From the NCBI GenBank assembly GCA_013003425.1, contig JABDJB010000016.1, positions 26,104 through 90,103 of the forward strand: a DNA stretch of 64,000 nucleotides. Direction: 5' to 3'. Position 1 is the first letter of the stretch, and each line of letters opens with the position of its first letter. This document shows, in pieces, positions 1-8,373 of this stretch. A program made the translations under genes and the position numbers. The notes beneath the pieces are model-generated. The model had not been told where the DNA came from, ran no database searches, and saw nothing but the letters and a program-made list of their open reading frames with translations. The DNA is from Gammaproteobacteria bacterium (GTDB taxonomy: Bacteria > Pseudomonadota > Gammaproteobacteria > Steroidobacterales > JABDKV01).

Positions 1-346
1 CGTGGTTTATGCCGACCAGTAGCTGGATGGCGCCACTGTAACCTTGTGGTGCCACCACGCGCATGATTAATGCGACCGGCATGCCATTGCTGCGTGCGCG
101 GTAAACCGTCACTGGCTCTTCACTGCCCAGCAACTCGGGGTCCAGCGCCTGCGTGGTGTCATCGAACAGCGAGTTGTCGTAGCGCTCCGCCGGCACAATT
201 TCGTGCAGAACACGCAGCCGGTAGTTACGCTCATTGAGTGCTATTTCCGCCGCAGTCTGTTGCCAGGTCAGCGCTGCTGCCGCTGCGACTATCGCTGCCA
301 GTATCAGCAGCGCTACCAGACCCGGCCAGCTGGCGCCTTTAGTCAT
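1..346 (-). CDS. rnfG: Rnf/Rsx electron transport complex subunit G (partial, C-terminus beyond window edge)
   Basis: Absent from the ORF track because it runs off the edge. Hand translation from ATG 346..344 gives MTKGASWPGLVALLILAAIVAAAAALTWQQ...VAPQGYSGAIQLLVGINH. It has an N-terminal membrane anchor and the GYxGxIxLLVGI motif typical of RnfG. It overlaps the rnfD stop by 8 nt and fits the order rnfABCDG. Confidence 0.85.
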   Translation of the reverse strand, partial: MTKGASWPGLVALLILAAIVAAAAALTWQQTAAEIALNERNYRLRVLHEIVPAERYDNSLFDDTTQALDPELLGSEEPVTVYRARSNGMPVALIMRVVAPQGYSGAIQLLVGINH

Positions 347-1370
347 CGCGCGCTCCATACGGTTTCGGTATCGTGAAATAGTCAATCGCAGGTACGGCCA
401 CGTTCATGATCAACACGGCAAAGGCAATGCCGTCGGGGTATGCCGCCCAGGTGCGGATGATGTAAGCAATCACGCCGATACCAAAACCGTAGATCAGCCG
501 GCCGCGCAGGCTGGTGGCTGCCGAGACCGGGTCAGTCGCGATAAAAAAAGCGCCCAGCATTGTTGCGCCAGTAGTCAGGTGAAACAGCGGAGACGGATTG
601 CGGTCCGCATCAGCAAGGTAGAAAAGCGTCGCCATCAACGCCAGTCCGGCGATAACAGCGAGCGGAATATGCCAGCGGATAATGCCGCGCGCCAGCATAT
701 AGATACCGCCCGCAGCAACGGCAAGATTGATCCACAGCCAGGCACCGACGATTGATCCATGCATGGTGGGATTGGCGTTTATTTCGCTCATCGTCATCGC
801 GCGGCTCAGGTCGCTCTGCACCTGGTCGAGCGGTGTTGCCGAAGTGATCGCATCCCAGCCGGCAGCCGGGGGCGTTGACGCGAATATCGCCGCCAGTGTC
901 TGACCGACACTGAGTCCGTCGCCAGCACCGCGTGGCGCAATCCACAGATCTGCCATCTCCGTCGGAAAAGCTATCAACAGCAGAACATAGCCGGCCATCG
1001 CGGGATTGAAGGGATTAAAGCCGAGGCCGCCGTACAGATGTTTGGCAAACACAATGGCAAACAGGGTGCCGGTCACCGTAACGTACCAGGGTGTCAGCGA
1101 CGGCAGCGCGAACGCCAATAGAGCAGCGGTAACTACCGCGCTGTAGTCAGACAGATACAGGCGAACGTCGCGCCGGCGCAGCCGCAATATGGCAGCTTCA
1201 CTGGCGAGCGCAACGGCACACGCAATGGCCACGTTAACGATAAGACCGGCGCCAAAGTACCAGGTGTAGACAACCACCGCGGGTATCAGCGCATAGAGCA
1301 CTTCGCGCATCACCTGCGGCACGGGGCGCGCGGAGATGATGTGCGGAGCCGGCTCGACCTGGAATTTCAT
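339..1370 (-). CDS. rnfD: Rnf electron transport complex subunit D
   Basis: 343-aa polytopic membrane protein, N-terminus [11 protein letters not shown]. Contains a TSATPLD flavinylation-type motif and GGLGFNPFNPAM. Has 4-nt overlaps with rnfC and rnfG. Confidence 0.93.
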   Translation of the reverse strand: MKFQVEPAPHIISARPVPQVMREVLYALIPAVVVYTWYFGAGLIVNVAIACAVALASEAAILRLRRRDVRLYLSDYSAVVTAALLAFALPSLTPWYVTVTGTLFAIVFAKHLYGGLGFNPFNPAMAGYVLLLIAFPTEMADLWIAPRGAGDGLSVGQTLAAIFASTPPAAGWDAITSATPLDQVQSDLSRAMTMSEINANPTMHGSIVGAWLWINLAVAAGGIYMLARGIIRWHIPLAVIAGLALMATLFYLADADRNPSPLFHLTTGATMLGAFFIATDPVSAATSLRGRLIYGFGIGVIAYIIRTWAAYPDGIAFAVLIMNVAVPAIDYFTIPKPYGARDD

Positions 1371-2983
1371 TGCGTCTCGGTACGGTCGCGCCGCGCCTCT
1401 TTCTGCCTGACCCGTGTCATGACATCGGTAATTACCTTGCGGCGCTTGTGTATATCAGCTGCGGCTGCGGCCTTGCGTTTCTTCGCGGCAATACGCGCGG
1501 CCCTGTCCTGCGCAGCATCTGCCAGGCGCCGGTTGCGATCCTCATAGCGTTGTCGCGCCAGGGCGGCCCGCTCGCGGTCGGCATCCTGCACGGCAATTTC
1601 GGCTTTGGCAAAACGGAAATGCTGTGCCAGCCGAATATTGCTCGGACAGACATAGTCGCAGCAACCGCATTCGATGCAGTCGAATATGTTATAGCGCTCA
1701 AGTTTTTCCAGATCGTGTGAACCGGCGTGCCAGTACAGCTGCTGCGGCAGCAGCCGGGACGGGCAAACCCGTGCGCACTCACCGCAGCGGATGCATGGTC
1801 GTATGTCTTTTGACGAGCGTCCCTGGTCAGCCGTCATGGCCAGGATCGAGTTACAAGCCTTGACGACCGGGATATTGTCATCGCCCACTGCGAAACCCAT
1901 CATGGCGCCGCCAACGACCAGGCGATCCACATCGCTGGTATAACCGCCGCACAGCTCGACAAGGCTGCTGACCGGGGTTCCGAGCCGGGCAATAATGTTT
2001 GCGGGGCGGGCGATCGCATCGCCGCACACCGATACGATGCGCTCAGTCAACGGCCGGCCAGTGGTGACGGCAGTGTTTATTGCCGCGGCGGTAGCGACAT
2101 TGAGGCAGACGAAGCCGATATCGAGCGGCAGACCGCGGCTGGGCACTTCGCGACCGCTGAGCGCCTGGATCAGCTGTCTTTCCGATCCTTCCGGGTAGAT
2201 AGCCGGCACCCGGACCACCTCGAAGCGATCATCATCGAATTCCTCTACCGCCAGACGCAGGGCAGCTTCGCTTTCCGGTTTGTCCTCCTCGATGCCGATA
2301 ATGCAGCGGTTGACCTGCAGGATATGCAGCACTATCCGGGCTCCGGCAATGATGTCGGTGGCGTAGCGACGCATCAGCGCTTCATCGCAACTGATTTGCG
2401 GGTCGCATTCAGCACCGTTAAGGATCAGCGTGTGGACGTTGATATCGGCGCGTGCTGTCAGCTTGGTGGACGTCGGGAAAACGGCGCCACCGAGTCCGAC
2501 TATGCCGGCCTCGCGGACCCGTTGCCTGACCCGCACGGGATCTTCGGTGTGGTAGTCGCCGACTACCGGATGTAGCTCACACCATTCATCTTTGCCATCC
2601 GCCTCGATCGTAATACACGGTGCGCTGAGTCCGGACGGATGCGGCACGGGCTGCTCATCAATGGCGATTACCGTGCCGGATGTAGTGGCATGAATGTTGG
2701 CACTGATAAAGCCATCGGCAACGGCAATCTGCTGGCCACGCAGCACGCGCTGGCCGGGCTTGACGCAGGGGATCGCCGGTAAGCCGGCATGCTGTGTGAG
2801 TGGTAGCACCACGTGTGGCGGTGGTGGCGCGGTCTCCAACGGTTGTCCGGCGAGCTCGTGTTTGTCAGTCGGCAGATACAGTCCGCCGTAAAAACCCGAC
2901 GGCCTGCGCGTTGGCGTCAGCACGTCTCCGACGGGGGCCTCGTCGAGGTCCAGCAGGTTAGCTTTCGCCTGATCCTGGTTCAT
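1367..2983 (-). CDS. rnfC: Rnf electron transport complex subunit C
   Basis: 538 aa. Two 4Fe-4S motifs ([12 protein letters not shown] and [12 protein letters not shown]), a GLGGAVFPT nucleotide-binding region and a basic Ala/Arg/Lys-rich tail. Confidence 0.93.
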   Translation of the reverse strand: MNQDQAKANLLDLDEAPVGDVLTPTRRPSGFYGGLYLPTDKHELAGQPLETAPPPPHVVLPLTQHAGLPAIPCVKPGQRVLRGQQIAVADGFISANIHATTSGTVIAIDEQPVPHPSGLSAPCITIEADGKDEWCELHPVVGDYHTEDPVRVRQRVREAGIVGLGGAVFPTSTKLTARADINVHTLILNGAECDPQISCDEALMRRYATDIIAGARIVLHILQVNRCIIGIEEDKPESEAALRLAVEEFDDDRFEVVRVPAIYPEGSERQLIQALSGREVPSRGLPLDIGFVCLNVATAAAINTAVTTGRPLTERIVSVCGDAIARPANIIARLGTPVSSLVELCGGYTSDVDRLVVGGAMMGFAVGDDNIPVVKACNSILAMTADQGRSSKDIRPCIRCGECARVCPSRLLPQQLYWHAGSHDLEKLERYNIFDCIECGCCDYVCPSNIRLAQHFRFAKAEIAVQDADRERAALARQRYEDRNRRLADAAQDRAARIAAKKRKAAAAADIHKRRKVITDVMTRVRQKEARRDRTETQ

Positions 2984-3543
2984 GACAGCTGATCGAGCCG
3001 CGCCTCGGGTTCACGTCGCGGTCGTGGCCGTTTCCATGCGCGCAGCCCGCTCACGGCAGGTTCCATGGCAATGCAATCTACGGGACAGACAGGGACGCAC
3101 AGGGTGCAGCCGGTACACTCCTGGGCGATGACCGTGTGCATCATTTTTCGTGCGCCGATAATGGCATCGACCGGACAGGCCAGAATGCACTTTTTGCAGC
3201 CGATACAGGCGGACTCATCAATCAGCGCAATTTCCCGGGGTTTAGTGCTGCCAAATTGCGGGTCAAGCGGCAGCGGTGCTCGACCGAGAAGTTTTGCCAG
3301 TTCGCGTATGGTGATCTCGCCGCCAGGCGGGCAGCGGTTGATTTTGGCATCGCCACGAAAGACTGCCTCGGCATACGGGCGACAGCCCGGGTAGCCGCAC
3401 TGGCCGCATTGCGTTTGTGGCAGCAACTGGTCTATTGCATCAGTTACCGGGCTGCCCTGCGGGCGCAGCACGCGCGTCACGAGCATCAGAGCGAGGCCGA
3501 TCAGCATCGCGATGCCAACCAGAAAGAGCATTGCAGCGGTCAT
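2980..3543 (-). CDS. rnfB: Rnf electron transport complex subunit B
   Basis: 187 aa. N-terminal TM helix, CGQCGYPGC cluster motif and two ferredoxin motifs ([24 protein letters not shown]). Confidence 0.93.
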   Translation of the reverse strand: MTAAMLFLVGIAMLIGLALMLVTRVLRPQGSPVTDAIDQLLPQTQCGQCGYPGCRPYAEAVFRGDAKINRCPPGGEITIRELAKLLGRAPLPLDPQFGSTKPREIALIDESACIGCKKCILACPVDAIIGARKMMHTVIAQECTGCTLCVPVCPVDCIAMEPAVSGLRAWKRPRPRREPEARLDQLS

Positions 3544-3544
3544 C

Positions 3545-4126
3545 TCAGGTACTGATCAGCCCGGTGAATCCCATAAAAGCGAGTGACATTATCCCTGCCG
3601 TGATCATGGCTATGGCGGCGCCACGGAACGGACGAGGTACATCGGCCACGGCTACCCGTTCCCTGATCGCGGCGAACAGGACCAGCACAAGCGAAAACCC
3701 GGCGCCCGCGCCAAACCCGTAGAACACCGAATGCAGGAAACTGTGCGACTCCTGTGCGTTTAGCAGCACGATACCCAGGATTGCACAGTTGCTGGCCACC
3801 AGCGGCAGAAAAATTCCCAGCAGCTGGTGCAGCAAAGGATCGACCTTCAGCACCATAAGCTCGGTGAGTTTCGCCACCGCCGCGATAACAAGTATGAAAG
3901 TGATTATTCGCAGGTAGTCCAGGTCGAGCGGCAGAAGCACGTATCGCTCGACCAGAAAGGCGAGCGCTGCCGCAAGCGTCAAAACGAAAGTCGTGGCAAG
4001 TGACATGCCTATCGCGGTTTCCAGCTTGGCAGATGTACCAAATACCGGGCAAAGACCAAGAAAACGGGTCAGCACCAGGTTATTCACCAGCACTGCACCG
4101 ACCAGAATCAGCAGTAAGTCGTTCAT
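3545..4126 (-). CDS. rnfA: Rnf electron transport complex subunit A
   Basis: 193-aa six-TM protein of the RnfA/NqrE type ([27 protein letters not shown]). Its ATG overlaps the metG TGA (ATGA at 4123..4126). Confidence 0.93.
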   Translation of the reverse strand: MNDLLLILVGAVLVNNLVLTRFLGLCPVFGTSAKLETAIGMSLATTFVLTLAAALAFLVERYVLLPLDLDYLRIITFILVIAAVAKLTELMVLKVDPLLHQLLGIFLPLVASNCAILGIVLLNAQESHSFLHSVFYGFGAGAGFSLVLVLFAAIRERVAVADVPRPFRGAAIAMITAGIMSLAFMGFTGLIST

Positions 4127-6129
4127 CGCACCCGCATGCCGGGCGTGGCGCCGCTGTCCGGGCTGACCAGGAATATCTCGCTGTCACCCGGGCCGGCAGC
4201 CAGCACCATGCCCTCGGACGTACCAAAACGCATCTTGCGTGGCTTGAGATTGGCCACGACCACGGTCAGGCGGCCCTCCAGCTGGTGTGGCTCATAGGCT
4301 GTGCGGATGCCGGCAAAAACCGTGCGTTGCCCGTCACCAATATCCAGCTGCAGCCGCAACAGCTTGTCGGCACCGTCAACCAGCTCGGCGCTGACGATCT
4401 TTGCAACGCGCAGGTCGACTTCCAGGAACTGGTCGATACTGATATCGCCGTCCTGTTTTTCCACCGGCGCGGATTTCGCTGCAGGCACGTCGTCAGTTTC
4501 GGTCGACAGCATTTTTTCTACCTGCTCGAGATCCATGCGCCTGATGATCGGCTTGAACTTGTTGACCGGGGCATCAAGCAACGGGGTACCGGCATCGGCC
4601 CAGGTCAACGGGGCGCTGGCAAACAACTCCTCGCTGGCGGCAGCAATGTCTGGCAACACCGGCTTCAAATAGACAATCAGCGTGCGATAAAGATTCATCC
4701 CCTGCGTGCAGACAGCGTGTACTTCCTGCTGCCGCGTTTGATCCTTTATGGCCTGCCAGGGCTTGTGCTCGTCAATGTAACGATTGGCCACGTCGGCCAG
4801 CGTCATGATGCGACGCATCGCCCTTGAATACTCGCGCGCTTCGTAAAGAGCTGCAATTTCGTCACCAGCTGCTGCAAATTGCTCGAACAGCTCGGGCGCT
4901 GGCAATTGTTCGGCCAGTCGGCCGTCGAATTTCCTGCTGATAAAGCCGGCACAGCGACTGGCGATGTTTACCAGCTTGCCGACGACGTCGGAGTTTACGC
5001 GCTGCACAAAGTCCTCGAGGTTGAGGTCTATATCGTCGACCCCTGACCCGAGCTTGGCTGCGTAGTAGTAGCGCAGGTACTCCGGTGAGAGGTTGTCGAG
5101 ATACTGTCGTGCCGTTATGAACGTCCGGCGGCGCTTGGACATCTTTTGTCCGTTTACGGTGAGAAAACCATGCACATAAACAGAGGACGGAATACGAAAC
5201 CCTGCACCGCGCAGTACGGCCGGCCAGAACAGGCAATGGAAGTAGACGATGTCCTTACCGATGAAGTGATAAACCTCGGTGTCGCTTCCAGGCGCCCAGA
5301 AGTCATCGAATTCCAGCTCCGGAGTGCGGTCGCAGAGATTTTTGAAGCTGGCCATATAGCCGACCGGGGCATCGAGCCAGACGTAGAAATAGTGATCGGG
5401 CAGTCCGGGAACGGCAAAGCCGAAGTAGGGCGCATCGCGCGAAATGTCCCAGTCCTGCAGGCCGGCATCGAACCATTCCTCCAGCTTGCGCGCGACGCTG
5501 TCGTGCAGCGTACCAACCCACTGGCGCAGCATCGGGGAAAAGTCCGCGAGGCGAAAAAACAGGTGTTCGGATTCGCGTTCGACCGGGGCAGTACCGGAAA
5601 TAACTGACACGGCATCTTTCAGTTCTGCCGGGCTGTAAGTGGCGCCACACGATTCGCAGCTGTCGCCAAACTGATCGGGAGTATCGCAGTTGGGGCAGGT
5701 GCCGCGCACGTAACGATCCGGCAAAAACATGCCTTCTTTTTCATCGTATGCCTGGACGATGGTGCGCCGGTCAATGTGCCCATTCTGGTCCAGCGTGCGA
5801 AAAATATTCTCCATCAACTCGCGATTTTCATCGGAGTGGGTGGTGTGGTAGTTGTCGAAGCTGATGCCGAAGTCGTCGAAGTCGCGCTGGTGTTCTGCAA
5901 AAAATCGGGCGATCAGCTGTTCCGGCGTAATGCCCTCATCGCGCGCTGCGAGCATGATCGGGGTGCCGTGCGCGTCGTCTGCGCAGACAAATATGCACTG
6001 GTGGCCGCGCAGTCGCTGAAAACGCACCCAGATATCGCACTGGATGTGTTCGACCATATGCCCCAGGTGTAAGGAGCCATTGGCATAGGGCAGGGCCGTC
6101 GTGACCAGGATGCGGCGGTTTTCGCTCAT
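4123..6129 (-). CDS. metG: methionine--tRNA ligase
   Basis: Class I signatures LHLGH and KMSKR, zinc knuckle [18 protein letters not shown], and a C-terminal Trbp111/EMAP-type tRNA-binding domain ([12 protein letters not shown]...). The ORF track opens at GTG 6144. I prefer ATG 6129 ([18 protein letters not shown]) because it matches the usual N-terminal length. Confidence 0.95.
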   Translation of the reverse strand: MSENRRILVTTALPYANGSLHLGHMVEHIQCDIWVRFQRLRGHQCIFVCADDAHGTPIMLAARDEGITPEQLIARFFAEHQRDFDDFGISFDNYHTTHSDENRELMENIFRTLDQNGHIDRRTIVQAYDEKEGMFLPDRYVRGTCPNCDTPDQFGDSCESCGATYSPAELKDAVSVISGTAPVERESEHLFFRLADFSPMLRQWVGTLHDSVARKLEEWFDAGLQDWDISRDAPYFGFAVPGLPDHYFYVWLDAPVGYMASFKNLCDRTPELEFDDFWAPGSDTEVYHFIGKDIVYFHCLFWPAVLRGAGFRIPSSVYVHGFLTVNGQKMSKRRRTFITARQYLDNLSPEYLRYYYAAKLGSGVDDIDLNLEDFVQRVNSDVVGKLVNIASRCAGFISRKFDGRLAEQLPAPELFEQFAAAGDEIAALYEAREYSRAMRRIMTLADVANRYIDEHKPWQAIKDQTRQQEVHAVCTQGMNLYRTLIVYLKPVLPDIAAASEELFASAPLTWADAGTPLLDAPVNKFKPIIRRMDLEQVEKMLSTETDDVPAAKSAPVEKQDGDISIDQFLEVDLRVAKIVSAELVDGADKLLRLQLDIGDGQRTVFAGIRTAYEPHQLEGRLTVVVANLKPRKMRFGTSEGMVLAAGPGDSEIFLVSPDSGATPGMRVR

Positions 6130-6199
6130 AAATGACACCAGCACCGCATGATGCGGCGCAGCGATTATGCCATGCCGCGCAGGTTTATGCCGCTGTAGC

Positions 6200-7267
6200 T
6201 CAGGCTGCGCCGGGCGGCGCGTAGTCCTTGAAATTCTGCTTGTTGAAGGCTTTCTCGTAGGCAGCTTCGCCGGTGATCATGCGTTGCTGTACCAGCCGTT
6301 TCAGCGCCGAGTCCATGGTCTGCATACCGGACTGGGCACCGGCCTGCATAGTCGTTTCGAGCTGGTCGAGTTTGCCCTGCCGTATCAGGTTGGCGACCGC
6401 CGAGTTGTTGACCAGGATTTCCAGCGCGGCAATACGTCCGCCGCCATCTTTCTTGCGGATCAGCTGCTGCGAAATAACGCCACGCAGTGATGTGGAGATC
6501 ATCGATCGTATATGGGCCTGCTTGTCGGACGGAAAGGTGTTGACGATGCGGTCGATTGTCGGCGGCGCGCCATTCGTGTGCAGCGTACCCATCACAAGTA
6601 TGCCGGTTTCGGCTGCCGTTACCGCGATGCTCATGGTTTCCAGGTCGCGCATTTCGCCCACCAGGATTACATCGGGGTCTTCGCGTAACGCCGAATGCAG
6701 CGCGGCGGCAAAACTCGGTGTGTGGACGCCCACTTCACGCTGGCTGATCAGGCACTGTTTGCGGTCGTGGGTGAACTCGATCGGGTCCTCGATGGTAACG
6801 ATATGGCCCTTTTTCGTCGTATTGATGTGGTCGATCATTGCGGCCAGCGTGGTGGATTTGCCCGACCCGGTCTTGCCGGTCACAAGGATCAGCCCCTGCG
6901 GGTGCTTGCACAGGTCGCGGGCAACGCGTGGCATCTTGAGCTCGTCGAGCGTCAGCGCGGTTTCGGGTATTGCCCGGAACACTGCGCCAAGGCCGTTGAG
7001 GTGACGCAGCACGTTTACGCGAAAACGACCCTTTCCGGGTAGCTCGTAGGCAAAATCCGCGCCTTCGTGTTCCTCAAGTTCCTTGCGTGCCTTTGGCGTC
7101 ATGATGGTATCGAGCGACTGACGCACTTTTTCTGCATCCAGCCGATGCTCGGTCAGCGGCTGCAGTTCGCCGTATTGCCGTATGCGCGGCGGGTCGCCAG
7201 CCATGTAGTGCAGGTCGGAAGCTTCCCGCTCCAGCGTCATGGTCAGCAGATCGCTGATTGTCGCCAT
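6200..7267 (-). CDS. PilT/PilU-family type IV pilus retraction-type ATPase (paralog 2)
   Basis: 355 aa. Walker [22 protein letters not shown], His box [11 protein letters not shown], and [11 protein letters not shown] resembling the PilT AIRNLIRE motif. Its ATG overlaps the upstream TGA (TGATG at 7265..7269). Confidence 0.88.
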   Translation of the reverse strand: MATISDLLTMTLEREASDLHYMAGDPPRIRQYGELQPLTEHRLDAEKVRQSLDTIMTPKARKELEEHEGADFAYELPGKGRFRVNVLRHLNGLGAVFRAIPETALTLDELKMPRVARDLCKHPQGLILVTGKTGSGKSTTLAAMIDHINTTKKGHIVTIEDPIEFTHDRKQCLISQREVGVHTPSFAAALHSALREDPDVILVGEMRDLETMSIAVTAAETGILVMGTLHTNGAPPTIDRIVNTFPSDKQAHIRSMISTSLRGVISQQLIRKKDGGGRIAALEILVNNSAVANLIRQGKLDQLETTMQAGAQSGMQTMDSALKRLVQQRMITGEAAYEKAFNKQNFKDYAPPGAA

Positions 7268-8373
7268 CAGCCGGCCACCGTGCCCTTGTCGGCACCGGGT
7301 CCACCGGCCAGGTCCTCGTCCGTGACAAAGCGACGAAACGGCTGCTTGTCGCTGGCGTACGAATAGGCATCGTTTGGATCGATCTCTTTGCGCTGTACGG
7401 CATCGAGCAGGGCCTGGTCGAGCTGTTGCATGCCCAGGTGGCGACCGGTTTGCAGCTGGGACGGTATCTGGTGGGTCTGCTCGGTCGATATAAGCTTGCC
7501 GATTGCGCGTGTCATTACCATGATCTCAAGTACTGCCTTGCGGCCACGCATGTCGGCCGTCTTGCACAGTACCTGCGAGATCACGGCATTCAGGTTGGTC
7601 GACAGGAAGCTCTTGGTTTGCTCGCGCAGGTCGCTGGGTAACGCATCGATGATGCGGTCGATACTTTTTACTGCGCCAGTCGTATGCAGTGTGCCGAGCA
7701 CCAGGTGACCGGTTTCGGCTGCCGTCATTGCCATCGATATGGTCTCGGCATCACGCATTTCGCCGACCAGGATGACGTCCGGATCTTCACGCAGCGCCGC
7801 ACGCAGCCCGTCAGCAAAGCTTTCCAGGTGTGTGCCAAGTTCGCGTTGCACAACCTGTGATTTCTTGCTCGGATGCACGAATTCAATCGGGTCTTCCAGG
7901 CTGATGATATTCATCGCCTTGCTGGTATTGATGTAATCGAGCATCGACGCGAGCGTAGTAGATTTACCGGTACCGGTTGCCCCGGTGACCAGGATCATGC
8001 CCTGGTGATACTCGGTCAGGTCCCTGATGACGGGTGGCAAGCCGAGCTTTTCCAGATTCGGGATTTCCGTCGGGATGTAACGAAAGGTTGCCCCCACGCC
8101 GGTTGCCTTGCGGTAAAGGTTGACGCGGAATCTCGCGCCGTCCTCGGTCACATAGGAAAAATCGAGGTCGTTGCCGCCGCCAAACCTGTTCTGCTGATTC
8201 TGCGTGAGGATCTCGTTGACGTAGCTCTCCAGCTCGGTTCCCGAGAGGTCGCGGAACTTGATCGGCATCAGGTCGCCGCTCATCCGCAGCATCGGTGGCA
8301 CGCCGACCGCCAGATGCACGTCTGAACATCCCTGTGCCAGGCCCAGTTTGAGAAACGAATCAATTCTGGCCAC
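7267..8373 (-). CDS. PilT/PilU-family ATPase (paralog 1, more divergent)
   Basis: Walker [33 protein letters not shown]. The AIRNLIRE position is degenerate (RAIGKLISTEQ). I place the start at GTG 8373 (VARIDSFLKLG...), preceded by GGAGGTATACA. The track extension to 8532 has no homology-like sequence and lies inside the kinase gene. Confidence 0.85.
   Translation of the reverse strand: MARIDSFLKLGLAQGCSDVHLAVGVPPMLRMSGDLMPIKFRDLSGTELESYVNEILTQNQQNRFGGGNDLDFSYVTEDGARFRVNLYRKATGVGATFRYIPTEIPNLEKLGLPPVIRDLTEYHQGMILVTGATGTGKSTTLASMLDYINTSKAMNIISLEDPIEFVHPSKKSQVVQRELGTHLESFADGLRAALREDPDVILVGEMRDAETISMAMTAAETGHLVLGTLHTTGAVKSIDRIIDALPSDLREQTKSFLSTNLNAVISQVLCKTADMRGRKAVLEIMVMTRAIGKLISTEQTHQIPSQLQTGRHLGMQQLDQALLDAVQRKEIDPNDAYSYASDKQPFRRFVTDEDLAGGPGADKGTVAG

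Noticed and set aside
234-755. 173-aa plus-strand ORF
   Set aside because: It is antisense to rnfG and rnfD and has an Ala/Arg/Ser-rich composition. The rnf genes are well supported.
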